Shown in pieces: positions 1-12,299 of a stretch of 64,000 bases of DNA. Origin of the DNA: Raillietiella orientalis (taxonomy: Eukaryota); contig JAYWIR010000037.1 of the NCBI GenBank assembly GCA_036172245.1, positions 1,798,001 to 1,862,000 of the forward strand, given 5' to 3'. The position numbers and the translations under genes were made by a program. The stretch's first letter is position 1. Each line of letters starts with the position of its first letter. The notes under the pieces were generated by a model. The model had not been told where the DNA came from. It saw only the letters and a list, made by a program, of their open reading frames with translations, and made no database searches.

Positions 1-1449
1 GACTTCGATCTCGGCAATCAACGATAGACTGCAATCCATTATAAGCGTTATTAATCTTAATCGCCGGTAATTAGGGATGCTCCCCACAAACTCTGAAGTG
101 CCAACCGTTATATGGCCCTATGTTCAGTTTGCAACGCTTGGAACCAGCATTTGCAGTTTCTTGTATTTACCTACTCGACGGATCTGTTGCATTCAATACT
201 TTGTTTCTGAGAGTATTTCCTTCGTAATTCTGTTGGTGTCCTCACGAAAGCCCGCAGCCATACATAGGTGACCTGGGTGGTTACTCAACTGACTAGTGTA
301 CTTCACGAATTCATGGACAGCAGGGGTGGCGTACGAAAGCACTTGTTGCTCGGCCGTGTGTCATCAGTCCAACTTGCCAACGGCCGTTGGGAACTCCCGT
401 CGTACACGCGATCCCAGTCACGAAGAACACTAATGCTAATGTCGGGGCAGATCACCGTATATCATTGTCTTGGTGTTCATCCACTCGGGCACTAAGGCAC
501 GCATTCCATAGAAACTTTGGAAGGTTCCTCCTTCCTACTGGATCCATTGAAGCTTCGTCAAAGCTCTTGGAAGCGCTCGATTTTTCGTGACTCTTCTTTC
601 TTCTTTCGCGCTGGGACAAGAACGCGAACTTTTTTTTCTCTTTTTTCCTCTTTTTTTTTTTCTTTTGTTGCAAGAAATTAGAAGAATCCAGAATCGGAAA
701 TCTGAGAGGAAATTCGGCTACTGCTTGGGTTTCGAGTGCATGGCAAGATTTTGCTCCAAATTCGAAAGTTTGTGAGTTCGATCAGGGGCCCTGCATGTGC
801 ATTTTGACTTTTTTCTTGCCGAACCGAATGAAACTGCGGATCCATCAATTAAGCGACATTCAGATTAATGACTTTAATTTCAAATTCCACACACACGGAA
901 TTGGCGGACTTCATATCCTTATTTTGTTAACCAACACCTGAGCGTCCTCCCTTGAACCTGACCGTGGAAGCAAGAAAGTGACAGCAATGGAAATGATTTC
1001 AGTTTCCTACTTGAAATCATCTCGGATAAATTATGCACTTTTTAGTCTTTGCCTTGGATTCAGTTGTTTTTCCACTCCTGTTCCATGTTGCCGTGGGCGC
1101 ACTTGCTCTTCCCCCCCCAAAAATATGGTTTCTAGACAACGGCACTGCGGCATCGAATTGTAAAAACTGTAAAAAAACAGAAAACGGAATGAACTGCATA
1201 TAAATAAAAAGCGGAATAAGAAAATGGAATGAATTAATGTCCATGAATTGTTTCGGAGTCACGAGCATACTGAATGAACTGTTGGCCAAAAAAGGAAAAT
1301 TTTTCGTTTTTAAACCAGCCGAAATTCTGCACCGTTGTACTACAATTGCATAGCTGTATATTTCGTTTTTTTCCCTTTTCTTGTAGAATGCTGATGTTTT
1401 TTTTCCTTTTTTTTTTTTTTAAGGCCGTGTTAGTGTTGAAAAGACTTCA

Positions 1450-2700
1450 GGACTTCAAAGAGAACGGATCCATTTGTGGAGAAAGAATTTGTGGCGATGC
1501 CGGAATGCATTCCGGTTGTGTCCACGCTCATTTAGTGCTGCAGAGTCCCTAGCACAGTGGCACAGAAGTGAGAGATGTGCCACTTGAGTTTTTTCGATTT
1601 ACAATGAGCTCTTGCATTCAAGCCATGCTGTGGATTGCAGAGATTTTCAGAGCTGTGGTTACAAGCCTTTCTTGTATGACGAAGTGCCACTTTTGATGAT
1701 TCCAGCATCGGATTTCCGGTATGTGCTCACTCAAGTGCTACATGTACTGTAAGAACTTGTGGCAGTTCGTGTTCTTCTCCGCATCCTAAACTTGATCGGG
1801 TTTTCCCAACGTTGGGATAGCTGCTAAATTCTTGAAGTCTTGAGCAATATATCAAAAAAACTTTTGTTCAGTGTGTTGCCTTTTATCGTTTTTATTTTTC
1901 AAAGTGAGGTCTCCTCACTTGAATACTGAAAATAAAGCAAGTGATGCTGCAATTTTGAAAACGGCTAGAACATCACGTTCAAGACTGCAGAGTTTCATCC
2001 TTGTCGATGATGATGTCTATATTGTTTTCGTTTAGACAGGATAGAAAAAAGAAGAAGGGCCGGTGTTTCCATTTAAATACCGGCTTTTACTGCTTTTTCC
2101 TGTAACTCTCTTCCCCTTTACTTAGAGTACTTGATGATCACTCAAGAGTACATCGTTACTAAATTGCCTGGACTGAATTTAGTGAGCATATCAAAGTAAT
2201 TCATTAAAATTGAAGATTGCCCTCATATTTTCTTATTTACATCATGGTAGTTCGTTTCATAGGCAAATAGATGGACCGAAAGATCAGCCCTAAACAACGT
2301 GCCCCATTTAACTTGGCAAAAGCACAATGGATTCAAAATTAAATTAGTAGCGTGAATAATTTCAAAAGGAAACAAGAGAAATTTCTGATTTACATCGGAA
2401 CACAATTCTGATCGGTTGCATTAAATTCCATACAAATGATGTTGGAGAGACTTTAAACACGAGTTTCAAAGAAATAAGACAGATTCCTGATATGAAACCA
2501 GAGAAAACCAGAGAAAATGGAACTTGAAGAATTGCAGAGTAATCTTTGTCGGCTTGTAATAACTGCCATGGCAAACAACTTTTCTTCATTCCAATGCTAA
2601 GAAACGCCATGTGATGAAATCTAACGGAAGCAAAAATAGCAAAAACTGGATGTGCATATATTCATGGCAACAAGTGCGCCTTCTCTGGGTTTTTTAATGA
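1450..2700 (-). mobile_element. Decayed L1-like LINE, RT region fragment
   Basis: Degenerate RT motifs in the expected order on the minus strand: FSGFISG (cf. QxGFxxGR, ~2500), DLSVHLF (cf. PLSPxLF, ~2270), QFSNDVLL (cf. QFADD, ~2155), SRYLNG (cf. xYLG, ~2075). Many stops; boundaries approximate. Confidence 0.5.
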
Positions 2701-3049
2701 GTTGCTCCTGCTTGAAAAAAATTGCATATCGAATAAACTGGAAATGTATGTTTTATACGCCTGCATCCAAGGATCGAATTATGCAAATGACTTTATGCGT
2801 TTCACTGTAGCGTTTTTTCTTTTTTTAGCGAGTGGTTTCATGCATCCCATTCCAATTCGTCGGAACAAGAAGTGCCATTCATTTTTTTTGCATTTTGCAG
2901 TTTCTTTGGAAGTTCTGTGTGTGTGTGGGGGGGGGGGGGAAATGATTGCATTCGTTGGATACATTTTCTCCTACCGCTGTGCATGGAAATCTGGAATTGA
3001 GCCACACGTCGCTTTAGAGTGGAGTTTCCGGCATCGCGCCGGTGTTAAG

Positions 3050-3900
3050 AGGAATCTGTTGGTAGACTCTCAACCAGAAAGAACACTAGAGAGATTTCGT
3101 ACTTATTTGTACTGAGCACTGCACAGAATTTCAAGACCTATTCACACTCGCAAATCCACTTTGTGCAGTTACGTCTCGGAACGAAGATTCAACAAAATTT
3201 CTTGTTTGAAGGTGCACGTTCTTTCGTACTCGGAGAAGGTTCGGAAAAGAAAACTTCCGTATCGAGAAGTGAATGGGAACTCTCCCGATAATTCGCAACC
3301 AGCATTTTTAGGGGTGTGGCGCGAAAGGTCATGCTTGGCTTCGGAAACTGAGTTTCAAAGTTGAAAATCTTTTTGGATCTGTGCACGTATTTCATTGTAT
3401 GTTGAAACAGTAGCAGAAGTCGGAAAAAATAAGAAGATAATTCAAGCTGTTTACTTTCTACGGTTGAAGCTTGAAATGGTGAAGCACCGATTCGGATTAC
3501 TATGTCTCTCCTTTGCTGAATGAATGTTTCTTCCAGAAGAAAAATGAGCTTCGGGGATGAGAAATCGGGAGTATGAGTTTGAAGGATAGCACTTTCTGTG
3601 TTTTCCTCGTTTCAATCGTTTTTTCCAAGTACTTCTGTGATTATAAACCACCACATGTTCTCATTTAGTTTCACTAAAGTGATTCCATGCTGAACGTGCA
3701 TAGGTCCTAAGCTTGAGATGCAATACTGAAAAGATGTGTGCATTCATGCTGTCAGAAGTCTGACGGAGTTTTTTTCCATGAGGATAAAAAGCCGTGTACT
3801 TGATCACTTTTTCCTGACTTGGGCTTCTCAACATAAGGATTCATTTATTTCTGGGAAGGATAGATCTTTGCGGTTTCTTGATGTACGTCCAAGTTTCTGA
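3050..3900 (-). mobile_element. Decayed L1-like RT fragment
   Basis: ORF 3451..3654(-) contains SRFLIPEAHFSSGRNI, resembling the RLxxxxxxLIxxxQxxFxxGRxI region of L1 RT. Weak otherwise. Confidence 0.35.
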
Positions 3901-3949
3901 TGAAGAACAAAAGTCAGAGTAAACGTAATGACAGAAATCACTGACACCC

Positions 3950-4700
3950 ATGAAAGTCCAAATGGGAAGTATAATTAATCGAACCAAGGAAACATAGCAT
4001 TAGTATCCCGGAACGATGGTGTGAACTTCCAAGTTTATGAAAAAAGAAAGATTGAGACGATACATATGGTGAGTGAATTAACACAAGAGTGACCTGGAAC
4101 AACTCTGCTTAAGAGACTTTTAACCAAACTACTGAAATTAAAAATACAAAAGGGAAAACACGACCTCCGTTATTTCAATCTTCTTTTTCGGTACACGTTT
4201 TCACAGAAAACATTTGCATGGTCGAAGGTCCATCCATGCAACGTCAAAAGATAGTATTGGATTTTGCTTAAGAATAACTATGCTTAGATGGGAGAATCAG
4301 ACTTTGGTTTTCATGGGAGCAGATAGTTTGAAAGATAAAACTCCCAAAGCAACGAAGTAAATGAATCTGTAAAGTCATTTTTCCTTTCTTCAAGAAAGCA
4401 AAGAAAATATCGGTAGGATGCGGATCATGGGAAGTCACAGGATGATCGAGTATTGCGGAGAACTTGATCAGGTTTCTTTCTGCAATTCTATTTCGCTTCC
4501 CTCGACAGGATAAGAAGTTGTCTGATTTTGGTAAGCAATTAAATCACGGATAAAGTTTCTTTGCATTTACAAACTGATGCAATGCGGGACCCTATAGTGA
4601 ACTTCTTGGTTCCTACCAAAGTGGGTAGTAAGTACCTTTACCGTTGCACATCTTCTGATCTTCAACCTTCGGCTTTAGGGTTTTAAGAGGAGCTACTCAT
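3950..4700 (+). mobile_element. Possible decayed L1-like RT fragment
   Basis: KIVLDFA at ~4248-4268 resembles the LDFxKAYD motif; the rest is heavily degenerate. Confidence 0.25.
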
Positions 4701-4849
4701 TTTCCAGAGATGCAATTCGTTCCCGGGAAAACAAAACAGAGCAAAATGGAAATCATCTGAGGATCGTGAGCGCATAAGCGCCGATACTTGTGAGAACCGG
4801 TACCAGATTAAACAAAAGATCTGGGCTCCAGGGTCCCCACGCTATTGAT

Positions 4850-5800
4850 TGTTGAGACAAAAGAAGACAAGGGCCGTAGATCGTGAAGGGCACACGGCCC
4901 GGATGGCGACTCAGTCGATTATGAAATGTTTGGTGCCTTCTTTATGAAAGCTCTGAATTCATGGCGGAAGACCGTCAGTACTTCTTGCCTGCTGTCAAGA
5001 GACGAACGGAAGTGTTCCCTAAACACGCGTTTTTTGCGCATCGAAATTCAATCGAGTGCAACAGCCAAGACCTTTATTATCATACATTTCCAACATTTTC
5101 GCTTCACAACTAGAAAGTGCGGGTTCCAAAGCCCGAAATGCTCAGGTGGGCTTGATGAAATTTCTTCGAGAATAGTCAAACGAAAGCTCCTTGTCTTCCG
5201 GAAGCTCTCGTTCAGGCTTATGTGGGTGCGAAACAAAAAAAAAACAGGAGAGAGCTTCAGATGTTTCCGTCTGAAGCATCGCTCGTAACTTCTCATCGGC
5301 AGCTACTATCGCAACCAGTGCAACAACGTATAATGTATTTCATGCCTGCCTGCTACTCTCTCCTCGACAACAGCATTCACGAGAGACGGTCGTCTCCGAA
5401 ATAATGGAAAGGAAGATTTTACAAGCAAAATCCAGCCATGTAAAAAACCTTGGAAATCTGTGAATTAGCTCCCATGCTTCGGTATAGTCTCTGGAAGAAC
5501 GATCTCACTACATTCACAGAAGATTGCTTGGATTTCCCGATTCGCGTCAGATTCTTCTTCAAAAGAGAGTAGTACTCTTTTCGCGATGACCTTTGGATAA
5601 TCCCTGGATTCAATGGCTCTCTATAGTCTTAGAAAGAGAGACAAAAAAGTTCCTACGCCTTTTAAGATGCAGATCTAGATGGCTCACGATGTGATGTTTA
5701 AGATTTCTAAAATCCACATTCCTCTTAGAAGTCTTTACAGAATGATACTTTTTGATAATCCATTACTAACTGGGAACTGGCATGAGACCTTGTGGTGTGT
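4850..5800 (-). mobile_element. Decayed L1-like ORF2 C-terminal fragment
   Basis: Minus-strand reading KCWKCMIIKVLAVALD*ISMRKKRVFRE (~5090-5020) resembles the plant L1 C-terminal W..(L)WxIWxxRNxRVF motif. Confidence 0.4.
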
Positions 5801-8800
5801 AACCAGCTCTAATAGGTGATTCATTGGTATAGCTGGTATAATAAAAGAATTAATTAAATTCATTGGTATAGTAAAAAAAAAAAAAAAAAATCAGTAAAAC
5901 CAGTAATTCTAATCACAAAGTCCAGTTCTAAAAAAGTTCCTATAGAGCAAGCGATGGCTAATAGATAGAGAAATACAAGAGAACGCACTTGAAAGACATT
6001 TTCTGTTTTGATCTCATGCTGTGGAGGCTGTTGGAATTGTTGCAGAGACCAATGTAGAGTTGTTCTACTTTCTTGTAAGGCGAAAAAGTAACTAGTACTT
6101 CTCCAGAGGAAAAAGACAATACCTACAACTTGAATTTTATCTTTTGCGAGTTCATCTCGATAAGTTAAGTTGTCTATATACAAGACAGATGGGAAAACGC
6201 CCTCCGAATTCAGAAATACATCCAGAGAAACCGCTCGGGTAAAACAGGCGATTTTTTTTTATAAAAAATATAATAGCTCGAACTCCTAGAGGACTTACAA
6301 GCAAATATTAAAATAGGTTCGTTATAACATCGAAGCTTGTTTGAAGGACTCCACGAAGAAATGGGCACTTCTGCTTGAAAAAGAAATTCGAGAAGTCATC
6401 TCGTAGGTGACTGATAAATGTGGAAATGGACTCATATCGAAATGTTCTGCTGCTGAGAGATGAGACAACTCACAAAAACTCATGAGATAAATTTAGATAA
6501 TAAAGCTCGCAACTGAAACATCAAAGTGCTTCTGGGAAAAGAATGAAGAAAACGAGGTAATCTTAAGATCGGCATCCTACTGCAGAGGAGGAAACAATCA
6601 ATAGAGGAAAGCACGAACGCAAAACATCTCAGGGTTTCATCTGCAACATGGAATGTAAGTCTATGGTTCCATGTGATGCATCAAATTTTGAATCTGGCGG
6701 CTCTGGTTTTCAACTGTTTTCCTGGTGCCGGATATAGACAGTAGAGATAAGGCAAACGGGGAAGACACTTGTCGTTTTCAGTTGCCGAAAACAAAAAAAT
6801 TCAGCAATGTCGGAAAAATTCCGTCTTCATGGAAACAAAGAACGGAACAATAAAACGGAAAGTCGAAATTTTGGAACGGAACGATAAAACCCGAAATTTG
6901 TCATCATGGACACGCATCCTTTTGCTTTCAAAAGCAGGAAGACTTTGAAGTGAGCGACAGCAAGTTTATCTCCTACCCGTGGCAAAATCAGCTTTATGTT
7001 TTTATGAGATTCATTTCAATACCTTACGAGTTCCTATGCAACACCGAGAGATTTGTGCTAAATTTTCCTTGGGAAATCCAAGACATAGTTCCAAAGGCTT
7101 TCATGCCTTTATACTGTGGGATCCACACGCTTTCTTTTCTAATACCTATCAATGCCAAACTGCTCTACCAATATTTCCCCGTCATTTAACAGAACTTGAA
7201 AATCTCAGAATATAAACACATATGCTAGCTGGAAAGGCAATCCGTGATGGAAACATTTGGTGTAATCGACCTCCGAAATAACAAAGTTCTTTGTTCTTTC
7301 AGATTAGCATCCATCCTCTTTTGTTTGAGCCCCTCTATGACATTGAGACTTTGTAGACTGTTGTATGACTTTTCCTGTTTACATATTAATCATCGTACTC
7401 TTTTAGTATATGGAGTGCGAATAACCTCGAGCTATTAAGAAATAAAGAGGCCTTCTGTTTGTGTAAATATACGGCATTATCCCTTCAACATAAATATCTT
7501 GAGAATAATTCATCTCCGAGTTAAGGTTTTTGCATGCCGGAAACTGTCCAGATCATGAACACAAGATATGTAGGAATATTGAACAGCTTCCATTTGTTCT
7601 CCAAACAGAAAGCCTTGTTTGAAACACTTTGAAAAGATTTTCAAAAAATAGAGGACATGAAGAGAAATTTCGCAATTGCATCCTTTCATATTCATTTTCT
7701 GCATGGTTGTTACGCTCATTATCTGCAAAATACGTAAATGCATCGGTTTACATTTCACTTGTCCCAGCTCTAAGAACAATTCTGAACTTCCCCTTGAAGT
7801 GTACATATTCCGATGCATTCCAAGTGCTTTGTGAGGAAGAGAAACTATTTACACAGAGATAGGAATCCAATTATAGATAGTATCTCGCTTTTCAGTTTCA
7901 ATCAGCTGGTTGCGTTGAATGATATTACCAAGATTACGTTGAGATGAAAATCACTTTGGTATCAGCAAATTAAACCAGCTTCGAGACCTAAATGATTCTT
8001 ATTAAAAGTTGCTCATTTTCCTTGCGGCTCTCTGATGTGCTCAGTGATTGGTTGTGATTCCAGAAAGCTACAACAAATCCAATTAAGAATTGTACTAACT
8101 TTGACGTCGCTCTCATTTTTTTTTAAATGACAGAAATGAAAATTGAATCGAACACTGATCATCTTTCGATGCTGCTTAAATCGAATTTTCATTAATCCTC
8201 AGTCTTTGGGCGGCTGGCGGTGTCAGAGGTTCGCCTTTACTATTTCGTAATCTTAGCAGAAATAAGAACTCTTTCACCGGTGGATCTACCGAGCAGCCAT
8301 ATGAGGAAAGAAAAATGAAAAGCTTGGTTTGGGAAGTTTCTCTTCCTAGAAATCGCTCCCGCAAATAAGCTGGCTGAAAACCTCCCAACCCACGGAAAGC
8401 ACATCTATGGAAAGCATATCTCGGGCTCTGGACTACGGACTTGGCACGAAAACATCGAAAGCGAACTTTCTGTAAGTGACCCTCTTGCGAAACACTTGAT
8501 TCGGAAGATTTCAGGAAATTACAATGTTTGTAAAAAAGAAATTTGAGGAAAGAACAGAAGCGAAAGTTTCACGTAGGGCCAGTGCCACATTCAACAGATA
8601 CCTCGTAAGGTTGGATCAGTGAACCGGCATTCGAGCTGGTGTGTGAAATTGCAGAGGAAACTCTCGTTTATGCTGCCCAGCAGGAGTATAAGGATGGTTC
8701 TACTCTTTAATCCTTTCTTTGTTTGACTGCAAAATTCTCTCAAGATCCCATGTAGACAGAGCCTCATTCGATAGTTCACCTTCTGAGATCAGGCAACTGT

Positions 8801-10863
8801 TTCAGGTGCTGCCACTACTTAAAGTGGCTGCTCTGGACGCTGGGATTCACGTGTAGCGAGGATAATGCACATTCATTCAAGCAAAACCTAGCGTGTCCGT
8901 TTTTAAGTGTACAACGGATTTTTTTTTTTTTTTTTTTTCCAGGAAGCATCCCTGCTCTTAAATGGTTCACCAGTTGCATACAAAGGAGTCATTTATCTGA
9001 AGATGCTCAAGCATGCTACTTATCAGCATCATATGGAATTTTTTTTCCTGCTTTTTTCTTCTTGTTCTCTCGTTATTTTCCTCCTTCCTCGTTTCCAAGA
9101 TTCTAGCGTCCTATAAGGGAGCTCAACTGGTAGGACTTCTTATTTTTTTACTTCATCATTGTTCTTTGTTTGTGGTGCACCATCTTTTGCGTCGATAAAC
9201 ACATTCACAAGCTCCCATATGATACGAATACAATCAGAGAGTACACATGATGGAATCCAACATATTTTTCGCAGTCGCGGATTTTTCCCAGCAATCTTCG
9301 ACTTGCTCCAAGAGCCTGCCTGAAGCTGATTGTTCCTCGAAGAAAAAAAGAGCACAGTGGTGAGCGCTACGTTTCCTGAGCATGCACGCAACATGGAGGA
9401 GTTTTTCTACGAAGATGGTGATCTACCGGATTAGAGATGCTTACGAAGCCCCACCAGAAGTGCATACGCATCACCAGAATGGTTCTTCATGCTGAAAGTT
9501 AGTCAGTTTTCTTCGCTGCTGCACACGCTCGTTGTATCAGAAAAATGAAACCTTCCCACATTATTGATCGGTGGAAGCTGGTGAAGACATGGGCAAACCA
9601 CACGTAGCTTCGTAAACGATCTGCAGAAACTCACGAACGCGGTCACCATATAGCATAACGGAAAACAGGATTAATGAATCACACCTTTGTGAAAACAGAT
9701 GCTTCTTGTTGATTTTATCCCGCAAGAGCGCCACTGTTTTCTGGAAACTTGGGAGAGTGTGGGAATTCCCGAAATTTCAGAAGCACGGGTGATATACGTG
9801 GTCGTCACTTCGTTGTTGCTTCAGCGTGCCAACAACTACGTCGTTCTCCAGTCACTTCTTCTCTATCGCAAATGCTCAAGCAGATGGAGAATAGGGGGGA
9901 ATGGGGGGGGGAGGGAATAAAGAATAAAGGAAAAAGAAGCTCGTGACGAACACATGATTCGAGAAATTTTTGTGACTCACCTCGTTATTCTGAAGATTTT
10001 CTCTTACGCTATGTTACGATCAACTGTTTCATAAGGAAGTTTTAACAGATGCTTAACCCATCGATATCTCCCGCAACTGAGTACTACTACTGGCAAAGCA
10101 GCATGCCCTTAACTGATGATTCGCTTTTGATCGATCCTCGAAAGGAATGGCATTCCCTTTTTGTGTCTGAACTGCCCAGAGAGCGCAGATAGCATTCATC
10201 CTGTGATCGGGTTTATGTTTACTGTCTACATAAGTGTAGCCCTTCTTAATTACCGAGAATCTACTTTTATTTTGTTCCCTGGGATGTACGATTTACTTAG
10301 GAGTGTATTTTTCCTTTGGAGACATCTCAAAGGGGTTCTCATGGACGAGGAAACATGGAAGTCTGCTTTATAGAATCGCGTATTGTATTTACATTTATAG
10401 GAACGGTTCTGAAAGGTTTTTCTGGGTGGAGAGAGGGATGCAAGCAAACATTTTAGTTGAGAAAACAGTCCTATAAAAATAAATGAAAGAAATGAAACGT
10501 TAACAGGAACGAGTGCAGGTGTTTTTGCTTTTACTTTCGTTTTTTAATTGCGAATCACCGAGTCATCCAGCATGCCTCGAATTTGTTTTCGCTGTTCATT
10601 GCAGGATTTGATCCTCTGTTTACATTCTAGATCGGGCCCCTGATCAGAAGACACACTTAACTATTCATTTGCAGCCATAGGAAACAGCCTGCTGAAAAAG
10701 TTTTCACGAAACGGTGGTTATGATCAGATCCATATCCACAATCTTCCATCGTGCTCGCCCTGCATTGGCACAATGAGATTTCTTTTTCGGTTTCCTGGAA
10801 GCATCTAGAAGATGCAATGTAATGTAGCGGGAACAGCACTTTAAAGTCCTGAATGCATATCGA

Positions 10864-10902
10864 TCCTTTTGTATGTGAAACTCCGTTTCACATACAAAAG
10901 GA
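10864..10902. repeat. Perfect inverted repeat, 18 bp arms, 3 nt loop
   Basis: TCCTTTTGTATGTGAAAC-tcc-GTTTCACATACAAAAGGA, read directly. Confidence 0.95.
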
Positions 10903-11100
10903 AGGTTTCCGTGGCATTCTAAGGACACGAATGTCGTAGAAATCAATCTCAGTAAAGGGACTCTAAACACGGGATACGAGCAGTTAACAAGCAAAAAGTA
11001 ATCTTGGTGGTGGTTCGGTAAATAAGACTTTTTGTCTCTACAGTGGCAAAGCACATGCTGAGCAGCACTCCAAGTTCCACAAGACAAGTGAACGGCCCGC

Positions 11101-11167
11101 GTCGGAGGCTTTGTGGTTGAGGCTTCCGCGCGTGGCACCATGAGTCGCGGGTTCGAATACTCCGGCA
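11101..11167 (+). pseudogene. tRNA-like sequence (tRNA pseudogene or SINE-type head)
   Basis: 7 bp acceptor-like stem GTCGGAG/CTCCGGC, D-loop/A-box-like GTGGTTGAGG, B-box-like GGTTCGAATAC (11150-11160), possible GTG anticodon. The 3' side of the T stem is missing, so it is not a functional tRNA. Confidence 0.55.
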
Positions 11168-11171
11168 GAAA

Positions 11172-11960
11172 ATGACGCCACTGCGTCGTTGGGTTCCGAG
11201 TTTCTCTTGCAATGGCGCTGATTGGCCGAGACATTCGGGCCTCGCACCGGTGGTCGTTTCAGCCGGAGGTCCCGATGAAGGCCGGAACAATGGGAGCCGA
11301 CCTTCGGGTCCTTCCAGGAATCAAGGAGTGGGGAGTTCCCCCTCCGGTCGTACAACGGAGAGCGGACCCCCTACACCGGGGAACCCCTCCGGTTTCAAGA
11401 TGGAACAGAAGCCTTCACAGGTACCTATCCCGTTGTTTAAAGGAGAGGATCCTCCTGTTGCGGGGGGGGACCCTCAAGTAGCCGCCTCTTCAGAAGAGTG
11501 CAAGGAAGCAAGCGAGAGCGATCCCCCTGAGGGAAGCTGCAGCGCCCCTTCAGAATTTCGGAAGCGTCCCTTCGGGGTTCTCTTCAGAGGAGTGAACAGG
11601 AGCGGCTCCCTCGCGGGTTGCCTCCGGAGAAGAAATTCCTACTAGCGGATCCTTTCCGGGTTCCCTTCGGAGAAGATGAAATGGGGAGGACCACCCCCCT
11701 TCCGGGGTGGTCCCTCAGGAGAGAATGAGAAAGGATTCTCTTCGGAGACAACCAGAGTGGGAGATGCGATCCCTCCTAAAGGGGAGTCCCTCCCCAAGCG
11801 TGAGAGGAACGGACTCCAAACCTTCCTGGATTCATAGGGCGAACCCTTCCGGAGTGCGCCCCTATCTTGAAGAATAACACGCACCCTCCGCGGGTGGCGT
11901 GGAACAGTGTTAAAGAGCCACGTGCGCCGCGAGGCACGCGACCGGCTCTTGAGTACCAAA
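11172..11960 (+). mobile_element. GC-rich ORF1-like fragment of a decayed retroelement
   Basis: Low-complexity P/G/S-rich reading. It ends with PILKNNTHPPRVAWNSV (~11860-11910), similar to PFLVDPSGHPPRVTWRAL in ORF 15113..15367(-). Confidence 0.45.
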
Positions 11961-12299
11961 ACAAGACAGGTGAAAGCCGAAGTGATTAGCAGGTTATTGG
12001 TTGCACCTTGAATTTCAGCCGAAATTTCTTACCCTTGTTACGATCCGCTGAATTATACGCCCCGTCTTGCGGAGGGCAAGGGCTGAGCACGGGAACCGAT
12101 TCGCATTTCGATTCCGTCTACGGAATCTGGATGTGTGGCTTAGCAGGACTAGGGATGGCTCTCGTGCAACGCCTACTGACACTGAAAGGCGTTATTTTAC
12201 AATCCACTTCAGTACTTTCCTTGCTTACTCGTTTCTTTTCTCATGAAAACACCCTCTAAAGTTTGTTTCAGCAGAAATCCCTTCATCGTAGTTTCAGTT

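Noticed and set aside
4219..4245. VEGPSMQ resembling a signal peptidase active-site motif
   Set aside because: Isolated heptapeptide among stops, adjacent to an RT-like LDF motif.
5819..5890. 14 bp direct repeat ATTCATTGGTATAG followed by an A-run
   Set aside because: The repeat is real, but the A-run lies outside the pair, so it does not fit a TSD-flanked retroposon; probably a local micro-duplication.
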